This document shows, piece after piece, positions 55,480 through 64,000 of a stretch of 64,000 nt of DNA; position 1 is the stretch's first letter, and the number at the start of each line of letters is the position of its first letter. The DNA is from a virus. The DNA is taken from positions 9,949 to 73,948 of the IMG/VR virus record IMGVR_UViG_3300009157_000002. The stretch is one strand, 5' to 3'. Made by a program: the position numbers and the translations under genes. A model generated the notes under the pieces. That model ran no database searches. It was not told the DNA's origin and saw nothing but the letters and a program-made list of their open reading frames with translations.

Positions 55480-58400
55480 ATGGACGAAGAATTATTACCA
55501 CCGCCGCCGCCAAAGAAAAAAGTAGCTCCTGCACAATCGGGTGGTGAGGGCTTATTGCCTCCTCCTCCCAAAAAAAAAATTGCAGATACTACTTCCACAG
55601 AATCGGCAACTTCTTTAGAGCCATCAGCAACTCCATTACCAGTTTCTTCGGATTCGAAATTACCATCCGGATCAGGAGAGCCGGTAAGGAATAAAGTAGG
55701 CACAGTTACAGATGAGGAAAAGTCTGCTATAGAGGAATTTTTAAATAAGCCCGCGCCTGTTGTTACCGGAGGTAAAAAAATAAATTTAACTACGCCACCT
55801 GATCCTGCAAAAAATTTACTAACGCAAAAGCCAAAAGAGTTATTTGCAGAAGAAAACAAAATTGCTGTTGAAAAACGAAACGAACTAAATCAAAAGATTA
55901 AAACGGACCTTACTGGCAACTTTAAAAACTTTGTCTTAAAAGATAACCTTAGTACGGAGCAATATTTTTCTGGTCTTGAAAAAGCAGGTTATAATCCTAT
56001 TGACGTTCAGGATGCCAAGAAAACATTTTTAGAATCGGAGGGTATTAACTTAAACCCAGAGCCAAAGATTAATAAATTTTATTCCACCTTAAATACATTT
56101 AATCAGCGGTTAACCGATGCGGCTATGGCAATACCGGAGGCAATTGCTATTGGCGCTTATCAGATCGATAATAAACTATTAGGAGTAGATAAGAATCTGG
56201 AGGAGTACGCCACTTACCAACTGGCTAAGGCAACAAAAAAATTAGCCAAAGAATTTTGGCCGACCAACCCTGAGTTTGAAAGTGACTTAACCACAAAGCT
56301 TGCCTCTGGAGGAGCAGACATTGTTTCATTTATGGCTGGAGGTGCTCTGGCAAAGGGACTTAAAATATCAGCCACAGCAACAATGGCTGGTATGGGAGCG
56401 GTACAAAACGCTGTTCCGGAATTTGAAACCGCACGTAATATTACCACTGATGTAAACAACCTTAGCTTTGAACAGTTTGTTCAAAAATATGCTAAATCCG
56501 AACAAGATTATCCAACGCTCTTAGCGCAATATAATCAGTTAAAAGGTAAAGATCCGGATCAAGTAGGATGGGATATGTTTATTAAAGCGGGCTTGGTAGG
56601 GACTACCGAAGCCATTCCAATAAATCTTGCACTATCCAGGTTTGATAAAATAACCGGTGGTAAGATGCGAAATGTTATTTTAAATTCTGTAAAAGGGGGG
56701 ACCGAAGAAGCGTTCCAGGAGATTGTATCGCAATACCTGAATAATATAGCGGCAACATCTGTTTACGATGAGCAACGAAATATTTATACAGGAATGGTTG
56801 ATGCTGGCGTGCCTGCGTTTATACTTGGAAGTTTATTAAATGGAATAGGCTCTTCGATAGCAGCAAAAATACAAGAGCCGGGTTTAACCAAAGAACAACT
56901 TGCCGAATTACAACTAGCGCAAAAAGAAAACACCGAATTGATTGAATCGCTCCCGGAAGATAAAGGTGAGGTCGTTAAAAAACCTATTACGAACGAAAAA
57001 ATCAGTGCCCTGGAGAAACAAAAGGAAAGTATAGAAAACCAGATTGCAGGCAATGAAAATATTTCTCCACAGGCAAGGACCTTACTGATTACACAGGTAG
57101 AAAAAATAGATGAACAGATCGAGAATGAAAAAGCTACTGAAACAGAGAATAGGATTACCCAAGGAAAGAACGATGCTGCTGTTGCCAGATTAAATGAGGA
57201 GAAAGCAAAACTGGAAGAAGACATTAAAAACGTTCCCGATGAAGCTAAGAATGTTATTCAGCAAGAAATCAATGCTATTGAAACGCAGATAAAGGAACTT
57301 ACTGAACCAAAAACTCCTGTTGATGATATAGGAGGACAAAGTAAAGATGTCAATGCTAAAAACGATGCAGAACTATTGTCCGAGGATATTAATAAAAAGA
57401 AAAAGCAGCTATTGGAACTGGAAGAAGATATGACACTGGATCCCAATATTAAGGCCGCGAAAATGGCCCCTATTGAAAATGATATTAAAGAATTAAGCAC
57501 CAAATTACAAGCTATATACGATCCAAAATTAAAAGCGGAGCTGGAAGCAAAAGCCGCAAAGGAAGCAGAAAAAAATGCAAAGGCCGAAACCCCTCCAGCA
57601 AAAAAGGTGGAAACGGAAAAAACAAAAGAAGAGGCGCAAGAAGGGTTTGACCAAGCAGGTAAAAAATCAAAAGAAGAAAATAGCGGAAAACCTCTTGCCG
57701 AATATTTATTACAAAATTCAAAAGTTGGTGATACGATTACCGATAAGAATGGCGAAGGCTATGAAGTAACCGAAGTTAGAACCACAAGAAAAGGCACAAA
57801 AGAATTGATGTTAATTCCGTTTACAATAGTTGATGGCAAGAAAATCTATAATTATCAAGGGGTGAGATTGATCTCGGAAACATTGAAGAAAGGAGCCGAG
57901 GATTTATATGAGCTTCATTATAGCAATTATGAAGGCGAGAGGATTATAGAAAGATATACTTATAATAAAAAAACAGAAGAAACAAAACCAGATGAAACCA
58001 AAAAAACCCAAAAAGCCGAAGTACTAAAACAGGAACCAGAAGATGTTTTACCAGAAGAACGTAAATTTTCTTCGGAAGGTGAATACAATAGGTATGTTTC
58101 TACAGAAAGTAATGATCCACATGAGATTATACAGTCTTACCAATCCACAAGAGATTTAAACAAAACGGATGTTAAAGAATCCATTTTAGCGGAAGGCTTA
58201 GGAAAAATTAAAGAAAGTGGCTATATTCGTTTTGGCGATAAGAATAACCTAGTTGATAAGAATAATAAAAAAACGGGGAAGGCCAGGGTATATTTCAGCG
58301 AGAAAGGTTTACACATTGACCAGGCTGCTCAGGAACTATCAAGTCAGTATGGCATAGAAATAACGCCGAATGATATTATTGAATTTATTGATAAATACCC

Positions 58401-61400
58401 GAATGGCAAAAAGGATTTCTATAAGCAGGAAAACGAATTAGCAGGAAAATTAAAAGAACGCTATAAGAAAGTTACCGGGAAAAACTTAACCGAAAAAGAA
58501 ATTTTACGCCGCAAGGCTGAACTTGGAAAACAATTGGATCCTGGTGGTGTTTCGCAAAACATACTCCAAGAAATAAATTCAGTATTAGAAACACCGTTTA
58601 CCGATATTACAGATTTTGAGAGCGACCTAGCAAAGGCGAAAGATAAAAAAGCATTCTTTAAACCATTAAACAATCTAACATCCAAACGCTTAAAGGAATT
58701 ACAGGCGCTTGTAAACGAAATAAAAAATGGAAAAACCATCATCCACTTCGACGAAGCAACCGGCAAGTACTCCGCTGTTGGACTTCCTTATCGAGGAAGC
58801 GACAAGGCGGGCGGACAAAAAGCAGAAGAACCTCCCTCCAGCTACACCCCCTCCAACTCCACCCAAAGAGAAGTAGTAAAAGCGCCTGCGCCTAAAAAAC
58901 TTTCCGGAAAAAAACTGTCCGAACTTTCTGATCAGGAATTAAAAGACCTTGGATTTTCCAGTATCCACGAGGCACTAAACAGCACAAAAAAACGCGTAGA
59001 AGGCGCGAACGATCCTGCTTTATTTAGTGGTGATGAATCTACAGCAGTAACAGCGGAAACAATGCCGGTTGAATATGTTGAAGCGGCAAGCAAACACAGA
59101 CAGGAAGAAGCAAAAGTAATAGCTGAAGAAGAGCGGGCAAAAGTTATAGAAGGCTTGGATCAAAAAATTAAAGAACTAGAAAAATCTGTTTTTGGCACAG
59201 CTACCAAAGAGCCTAGCGACTTTAAACCAAAAGAGGGCGCAAATCAAAACCGTGTTTTACCAGGAGTAGTGGAATCTGGAAAATTACAAGACAAATTTTT
59301 TGCAGATCGCATGAGTAAGTTTGGAGAGGGGCTGGCTAGAGAAGTAGAAAAATTATCTGTATCCAACAACCAAATAGCCAGAGCGGTAGCAGATGTTATA
59401 CGAGCCATCTTTCCAACCACAGCTATAACCAAAGGACAAATTATTAGATCCGAAGACTTTCACGGGGATATTAATAGAGCCACAGGAGACCCAGGAAAAA
59501 TAAACGAACTTTTAAAAGAAATCATTGGCAATGATAAAATTTCCTTATCGAAAATAGACCGCGTTATAGATCCTGATTTTTATAAACAGCTTACCAAAGA
59601 AGAGTTTATTGAAAAAGTTAAGGCGGAGATGGATGAAAACTCTCCATTGCTGGACTTGTATGATGAATACAATGAAAAATTCAAATCACAACCACCAATT
59701 ACTTATGAGGATCTGACACCAGCAGAAAAAATAGTTCACGATCTGGTAAAGAAAATTAATGATCTCGTACACGATGTAAGTTTTGCAACAGGCGGAATTA
59801 CCCATGAGACCTACTTAAAAAACAAAGACAAATACGCAGGGAGGTTGTATGATATTTTTGAGCTTCCATCCGATATGCAAAAATCAATCAACGAACAATA
59901 TAGCAAGGCAACCGATAAAATATTTAAACAACGTACAGAGGTTGACGACTGGAAGAAGCTGCATAAAATAGAAGATCCCGTTTACGCAGCGGCAACCCGT
60001 TTAAGACAAGTAATGATCAACAAGGCGGTATTTGATTACGCAGAACACGTTGTTAAAACAAAACCTGAATTTGTTTCGGATGTGGAAAAACCAGGCTTTA
60101 CAAAACTGGCTGACAAAGGATATGGTAAACTATCCGGTAAATATGTTACTCAAAATATTGCAGAAGATTTTAAAGGGTTTTTCTATCAAAACGAAACACT
60201 TAATAAGCTTTACGATATATTAAAAAAGTATGACACCTGGGGGCCGAGACGTTTTTACAAAAAACTTTTTACGGTATATAATCCAGGTGTTCACGTTGGC
60301 AATATAATGGGAGATAATATGTTTGCTTTTTTACAAGGTATTGATTTTATTAGCTTAAATTATAATTTAGGATTTGCAAAAAGGGAGATCAACGGATACG
60401 GAGCCACCTATCGTTATCTTATAAAAAAGGGATTATTAAAGAGCGATCTTACACGCGGGGACCTTGTTAAATCGTTGGAGGTTTTATCAAACATGCAAGA
60501 GGAGGCAGCCGCTTCTACAACACCATTTAAAACATTTTTAAAAAACATAAAGAAAAACGTAAACAAAGGGGCGGGCAAAGCAGAAAGTGTATACGGTGGA
60601 GTGGATGATCTTTATAAAATATCTGCCTTTAAATGTTTAGTTGATGGTGGCTATACTGCGGAACAAGCTGTTGAATTGGTTGCAGAAGGATTTCAAAATT
60701 ACAAACGAGTCGGTAAGCTATACGATTTCACGTCCAAAATCCCGGTAGTTGGTCAACCCTTTGGAAAATTCTCAGGCGACTTAGCCAGGATCCTTAAAAA
60801 CGCAGGGGCAAAACGGCCATTAAATCTGATCGCTTTTGGAGCAACGTTACATGCTATAGCTGCACTTGCAAGCCATTCGTCAGGTGAATCAGAAGAAGAA
60901 AGAAAACTTAGGGAGAACAGGCCAGGAGCAGCAAAAATTCCGTTACCAGATATACTTGGTGGCAATATCTCACTGGATTGGTTGTTGGGTAACAAAGTTT
61001 TAAACGTAGCCCGCTTTGTAAGCCCTGTATACATTTATGGAAACTTAGATGAAAATAATGACAAATTAGAGTTAATTAAGAAACTGCTTCCTATTTCCTT
61101 TGAGACCGTTGACCGTACCAATAATCCAACAGGGCCAACAGCCGTAACCATTGCAAAAAACATTAATGATCCGTTATTTACTTGGTTGCAGTTGCTACCT
61201 AAAATAGATAGTGATTTTAAAGGGAGGCCAACTATTGACCCAACCGCTACAAAATATAAACCAAGCAAAATAAGCGATAATGAGCGGGTATTTAATGTGT
61301 TGCGGTTCTTTGGAAGACAGTATATCCCTTATGGTGCATTGGGAGACGACTTAATATACGCTGCACTGGGTAAGGAAGGCTATTATAGTAAAAAAACAGT

Positions 61401-61749
61401 AACCGAGGTGTTCGCTAGATTTGTGGGCGTGAAACTGGAAGCTTTTCCAGAGGAAAGATATAAAGAAATTAGTACCAATAAAATAAAATCTCTTCATTAT
61501 CAATTTAAGGATGATTTAGGCGAGAAGATGCAAAATATCCCAATGGATAAGCCAATAGATAAAGATGAACGGATCAAGATTAATAAAATAGAAACTATTA
61601 AGTCCAAATTTATAAACAACGCGACAAAAATCAGCAGAGTAAGGGCTTTGCTAGAGAAAAAGAAAATCACCTTTCAGCAATCTAATAATATTATAGCCCC
61701 TATACTCGAAGAACAGGCCAAACTTTTAGCCGACTTGAAAGATCTATAA
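55480..61749 (+). CDS. Giant ejection (polyvalent-type) virion protein
   Basis: 2089 aa; hydrophobic G/A segments with GGTEEAFQE motif, long coiled coil, C-terminal NPGVHVGN..FGKF domain. Confidence 0.7.
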   Translation: MDEELLPPPPPKKKVAPAQSGGEGLLPPPPKKKIADTTSTESATSLEPSATPLPVSSDSKLPSGSGEPVRNKVGTVTDEEKSAIEEFLNKPAPVVTGGKKINLTTPPDPAKNLLTQKPKELFAEENKIAVEKRNELNQKIKTDLTGNFKNFVLKDNLSTEQYFSGLEKAGYNPIDVQDAKKTFLESEGINLNPEPKINKFYSTLNTFNQRLTDAAMAIPEAIAIGAYQIDNKLLGVDKNLEEYATYQLAKATKKLAKEFWPTNPEFESDLTTKLASGGADIVSFMAGGALAKGLKISATATMAGMGAVQNAVPEFETARNITTDVNNLSFEQFVQKYAKSEQDYPTLLAQYNQLKGKDPDQVGWDMFIKAGLVGTTEAIPINLALSRFDKITGGKMRNVILNSVKGGTEEAFQEIVSQYLNNIAATSVYDEQRNIYTGMVDAGVPAFILGSLLNGIGSSIAAKIQEPGLTKEQLAELQLAQKENTELIESLPEDKGEVVKKPITNEKISALEKQKESIENQIAGNENISPQARTLLITQVEKIDEQIENEKATETENRITQGKNDAAVARLNEEKAKLEEDIKNVPDEAKNVIQQEINAIETQIKELTEPKTPVDDIGGQSKDVNAKNDAELLSEDINKKKKQLLELEEDMTLDPNIKAAKMAPIENDIKELSTKLQAIYDPKLKAELEAKAAKEAEKNAKAETPPAKKVETEKTKEEAQEGFDQAGKKSKEENSGKPLAEYLLQNSKVGDTITDKNGEGYEVTEVRTTRKGTKELMLIPFTIVDGKKIYNYQGVRLISETLKKGAEDLYELHYSNYEGERIIERYTYNKKTEETKPDETKKTQKAEVLKQEPEDVLPEERKFSSEGEYNRYVSTESNDPHEIIQSYQSTRDLNKTDVKESILAEGLGKIKESGYIRFGDKNNLVDKNNKKTGKARVYFSEKGLHIDQAAQELSSQYGIEITPNDIIEFIDKYPNGKKDFYKQENELAGKLKERYKKVTGKNLTEKEILRRKAELGKQLDPGGVSQNILQEINSVLETPFTDITDFESDLAKAKDKKAFFKPLNNLTSKRLKELQALVNEIKNGKTIIHFDEATGKYSAVGLPYRGSDKAGGQKAEEPPSSYTPSNSTQREVVKAPAPKKLSGKKLSELSDQELKDLGFSSIHEALNSTKKRVEGANDPALFSGDESTAVTAETMPVEYVEAASKHRQEEAKVIAEEERAKVIEGLDQKIKELEKSVFGTATKEPSDFKPKEGANQNRVLPGVVESGKLQDKFFADRMSKFGEGLAREVEKLSVSNNQIARAVADVIRAIFPTTAITKGQIIRSEDFHGDINRATGDPGKINELLKEIIGNDKISLSKIDRVIDPDFYKQLTKEEFIEKVKAEMDENSPLLDLYDEYNEKFKSQPPITYEDLTPAEKIVHDLVKKINDLVHDVSFATGGITHETYLKNKDKYAGRLYDIFELPSDMQKSINEQYSKATDKIFKQRTEVDDWKKLHKIEDPVYAAATRLRQVMINKAVFDYAEHVVKTKPEFVSDVEKPGFTKLADKGYGKLSGKYVTQNIAEDFKGFFYQNETLNKLYDILKKYDTWGPRRFYKKLFTVYNPGVHVGNIMGDNMFAFLQGIDFISLNYNLGFAKREINGYGATYRYLIKKGLLKSDLTRGDLVKSLEVLSNMQEEAAASTTPFKTFLKNIKKNVNKGAGKAESVYGGVDDLYKISAFKCLVDGGYTAEQAVELVAEGFQNYKRVGKLYDFTSKIPVVGQPFGKFSGDLARILKNAGAKRPLNLIAFGATLHAIAALASHSSGESEEERKLRENRPGAAKIPLPDILGGNISLDWLLGNKVLNVARFVSPVYIYGNLDENNDKLELIKKLLPISFETVDRTNNPTGPTAVTIAKNINDPLFTWLQLLPKIDSDFKGRPTIDPTATKYKPSKISDNERVFNVLRFFGRQYIPYGALGDDLIYAALGKEGYYSKKTVTEVFARFVGVKLEAFPEERYKEISTNKIKSLHYQFKDDLGEKMQNIPMDKPIDKDERIKINKIETIKSKFINNATKISRVRALLEKKKITFQQSNNIIAPILEEQAKLLADLKDL

Positions 61750-61752
61750 AAA

Positions 61753-62007
61753 CTAATCTCTTTCTATTTTAACTTTTATGGCAGGGGCATAATTAAACGC
61801 AAACGCGTCAACCTCTTTAACTTTAACATCAAGGATGGAGGGCATGGACACTACTTTAACGTTCATGGATCCATCGGTATTTAAAGGAACATTTACAAAC
61901 CTTGATTCAGCGTTTGCATTTGTAATACCGATGTTACGGAATACAATTACTGTTAACGCGATAGCAATAACAGTAAGAATGGTTTTTGTGTAGAGGTCAG
62001 TTTTCAT
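61753..62007 (-). CDS. Small exported/membrane moron protein
   Basis: MKTDLYTKTILTVIAIAL signal/TM; opposite strand to the virion genes. Confidence 0.65.
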   Translation of the reverse strand: MKTDLYTKTILTVIAIALTVIVFRNIGITNANAESRFVNVPLNTDGSMNVKVVSMPSILDVKVKEVDAFAFNYAPAIKVKIERD

Positions 62008-62065
62008 ATTTTTTTAGGTTTTGAATAAAGGTAATAAACAGTCATACGACATTTTTAAATATTTG

Positions 62066-62107
62066 TTATTTAGAACGATTCTAAATAAGGAAATTGTGTT
62101 ATATTTG
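62066..62107 (+). promoter_or_regulatory. 23-bp operator (copy 6) and TATATTTG -7 box
   Basis: TTATTTAGAACGATTCTAAATAA at 62066-62088; -7 at 62100-62107. Confidence 0.8.
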
Positions 62108-62162
62108 TAACAAACCAGCCCGGAACCAGGATGATTATTAGGAGGCTAATACATCCACTGTT

Positions 62163-62924
62163 ATGGCATCATCGGCAGGTACAGAATTTAAAGCTTCCTT
62201 ATTCAATCCGGCGACACCAACTGTTTTTGATTATATCCTCACGCCAGACGGCTTAAATCTTTTATTTTCCGATTATTCAAACTACACAACCAATTATGAT
62301 TCTGGTCATTTGCTTGCATTTTTTACTTTATACCGTAAAGTAATTATAACCCATCACAGCGGAGCTGTTTACACAATGTCCAGCCTTGGCGATGGGAATG
62401 AGCTAATCAGTTCCGCCGCTGCCGGATCAATGTTATTTAACTATTTTCTGCAAAACAAAGACGGAGTTTATTCTATTAAGTTACTGACCGTCCCCACCTA
62501 TAGTTTCGGAGCAAATTACCTGGGTGGAATAAGCACGGTATGGTTGCCATCGACTGCTAAATTATATAAAGCCATAACAAGCAATGCTCTTACGCCACCT
62601 GATCTTAACCCTGCGGATTGGGAAGTGATCGAGGATGAAGATCTTTCCATGAAATATACAGACGTAGCAGATGCTCTAGTGACTTTCGATGCGGATAAAT
62701 GCAAATGTAAGCTCACAAAAAAAGCAGCGTGTTTAATCAAATCAAATCCGTGTAACCCCGACTTGCTTTGTAAAAGTCCTTGCCTTCTTAATGCTGTGAA
62801 AGTAATGATCCTTCTTGAATCTGCTAATCAATCATTCATCGACCTGGACCTAAACTGTGCCGGAACCGATATTGACCTTATCAAACAAATATGTGAATGC
62901 GATTGCGGTTGTCCTGATTGTTAA
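62163..62924 (+). CDS. Virion protein with Cys-rich C-terminus
   Basis: CBM-like LYKAITSN..PPD..DW segment; ends ICECDCGCPDC. Confidence 0.6.
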   Translation: MASSAGTEFKASLFNPATPTVFDYILTPDGLNLLFSDYSNYTTNYDSGHLLAFFTLYRKVIITHHSGAVYTMSSLGDGNELISSAAAGSMLFNYFLQNKDGVYSIKLLTVPTYSFGANYLGGISTVWLPSTAKLYKAITSNALTPPDLNPADWEVIEDEDLSMKYTDVADALVTFDADKCKCKLTKKAACLIKSNPCNPDLLCKSPCLLNAVKVMILLESANQSFIDLDLNCAGTDIDLIKQICECDCGCPDC

Positions 62925-62936
62925 CACACGATAGCT

Positions 62937-63491
62937 ATGATAAATCTTACACCTGACGAAATAATAGCAATCGGTAAAGCAAACCTAGCAAAGAACGTAT
63001 GTGATCTTGCCTTCAATGAAATATTTGGCCTGTCGCAATGTAAGAATAGCTGGTCAAAAGAACTGTTAAGATTCTTAGTGTTGGATGCCTATGATAAATG
63101 TCCTGGCAGACAAGCCATGTGCGAGATTTCTATAAACTATGATCCATTTGATATTTCCTATGAGCTAGAAATTATAGACACCACATCTAATATTGTATTT
63201 AACATTAACAATGTTACTAACCCGGCTACAACATTAACAGAAATTGTTGCCATTGTTAATGATATGCTTATCGGAATTGGCTTTATAATGGACGAGTTTG
63301 AGCCGCTTAAATTTAGAATATACGCTCCTACAACAGGAAAAAAATACAACGGATATCTGGTAAATTTTTCATACCAAGGATCGCTAAAACCATTCCTTGC
63401 TACATCTGGTGCTTTAAGCGGAGGGCTGGACACGGTAAGCCAGTTCGATCAAAAAACAATTGATTGTTATTACTCAGTACTAAACACATAG
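62937..63491 (+). CDS. Putative tail-associated protein
   Basis: 184 aa; IYAPT.GKKYNG..LSGG. Confidence 0.55.
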   Translation: MINLTPDEIIAIGKANLAKNVCDLAFNEIFGLSQCKNSWSKELLRFLVLDAYDKCPGRQAMCEISINYDPFDISYELEIIDTTSNIVFNINNVTNPATTLTEIVAIVNDMLIGIGFIMDEFEPLKFRIYAPTTGKKYNGYLVNFSYQGSLKPFLATSGALSGGLDTVSQFDQKTIDCYYSVLNT

Positions 63492-63494
63492 AAG

Positions 63495-64000
63495 ATGCCA
63501 ATATTTTATACATCCGCAGTTCAACGATACAATGGTCAGGTACTTAATTACATTACATACACTGCCGCTTCGTCCTTAAACGATATTTTAAAAAGTATTG
63601 ATACTAAGTTTGGCCTGATCATTAACAACCCGGTATCTGCTGTTTCATCCGCGATCACCTACAACGGACAAACGGATATTTGCGATCCTCAAGTTCAGTT
63701 TCCTGCCGGAAACATTAACGGGGTACTTGAATACATTGGAAATACACTATGCGGGCTAAACCATGCGTTATTCAATGAAGGCGGAGATATTATAGAAGTA
63801 GATCCACTTGCGGTATATGACATACCTGTATACTCTCCTGGCTATGTATATCCGGTGCTCCCTGCAATTCCTACATCTAAGCCGGTATCAACATACATTT
63901 ATCCGCCAACTACAGGAATAATCAATTATAATCCATCGGACGGAAGGATAGCCGGGCATTTTGAAGGCGTGATTGGCGCTTTAGATTTCGCCGACAACTA
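63495..64000 (+). CDS. Putative tail fibre protein, 3'-truncated by the window
   Basis: Read by hand: open frame MPIFYTSAVQRYNGQVLNYI.. to the window end; missing from the ORF track. Confidence 0.6.
   Translation, partial: MPIFYTSAVQRYNGQVLNYITYTAASSLNDILKSIDTKFGLIINNPVSAVSSAITYNGQTDICDPQVQFPAGNINGVLEYIGNTLCGLNHALFNEGGDIIEVDPLAVYDIPVYSPGYVYPVLPAIPTSKPVSTYIYPPTTGIINYNPSDGRIAGHFEGVIGALDFADN

Noticed and set aside
55480-61749. Virion RNA polymerase as in crAss-like phages
   Set aside because: No catalytic DxDxD-type motif is seen; the composition fits an ejection or polyvalent protein.
20888-62088. 23-bp palindromes as terminators or recombination sites
   Set aside because: They are AT-rich with a 1-nt centre and lie before genes on promoter elements, not after stop codons. 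An inversion-site role is not fully excluded but nothing supports it.
192-63433. Numerous short antisense or overlapping ORFs in the track (e.g. 363-686, 1523-1927, 6161-6523, 35280-35600, 56784-57224)
   Set aside because: They are shadow frames opposite well-supported genes, with Phe/Ser/Leu-rich composition and no leaders.
1-64000. Alternative genetic code, DGR or retron
   Set aside because: Long genes are intact under the standard code, and no reverse transcriptase or TR/VR pair is seen in the window.

Overview
The whole window reads as part of a temperate dsDNA tailed phage of a Bacteroidota host. Support for the host: AT-rich DNA, TAnnTTTG -7 promoter boxes, A-rich leaders without Shine-Dalgarno, and an Arm-DNA-binding tyrosine integrase. 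The phage is seen in its excised form, because an intact attP-like site has phage genes on both sides. Layout from left to right: (1) 0.3-10.6 kb, a leftward lambdoid replication/recombination operon (RusA, KGG stress-repeat protein, DNA MTase, initiator with internal ori, RecT/RecE, Xis) containing a ~375-nt structured RNA with a tRNA-like core; (2) 10.7-13.6 kb, cI-like repressor, integrase and an attP carrying the 5' half of tRNA-Arg(UCU); (3) 13.7-20.3 kb, small leftward early/anti-defence-type genes (RadC etc.) separated by repeated intergenic motifs; (4) 20.4-21.7 kb, a long non-coding region, possibly the genome end or pac site; (5) 21.7-33.5 kb, two divergent accessory operons; (6) 33.5-64 kb, a crAss-like podovirus morphogenesis module (HTH-fused terminase, portal, lysis pair, scaffold, major capsid, ring proteins, muzzle, three ejection-type proteins, start of tail-fibre region). 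The main signal is a 23-bp palindrome TTATTTAGAATnATTCTAAATAA with six near-perfect copies, one 21-bp variant and one degenerate copy. It overlaps host-type promoters at the heads of the packaging and virion operons and looks like a Fur/PerR-family box, which suggests a host iron/redox-controlled late regulon. All protein calls come from motif recognition and synteny; no database searches were run.
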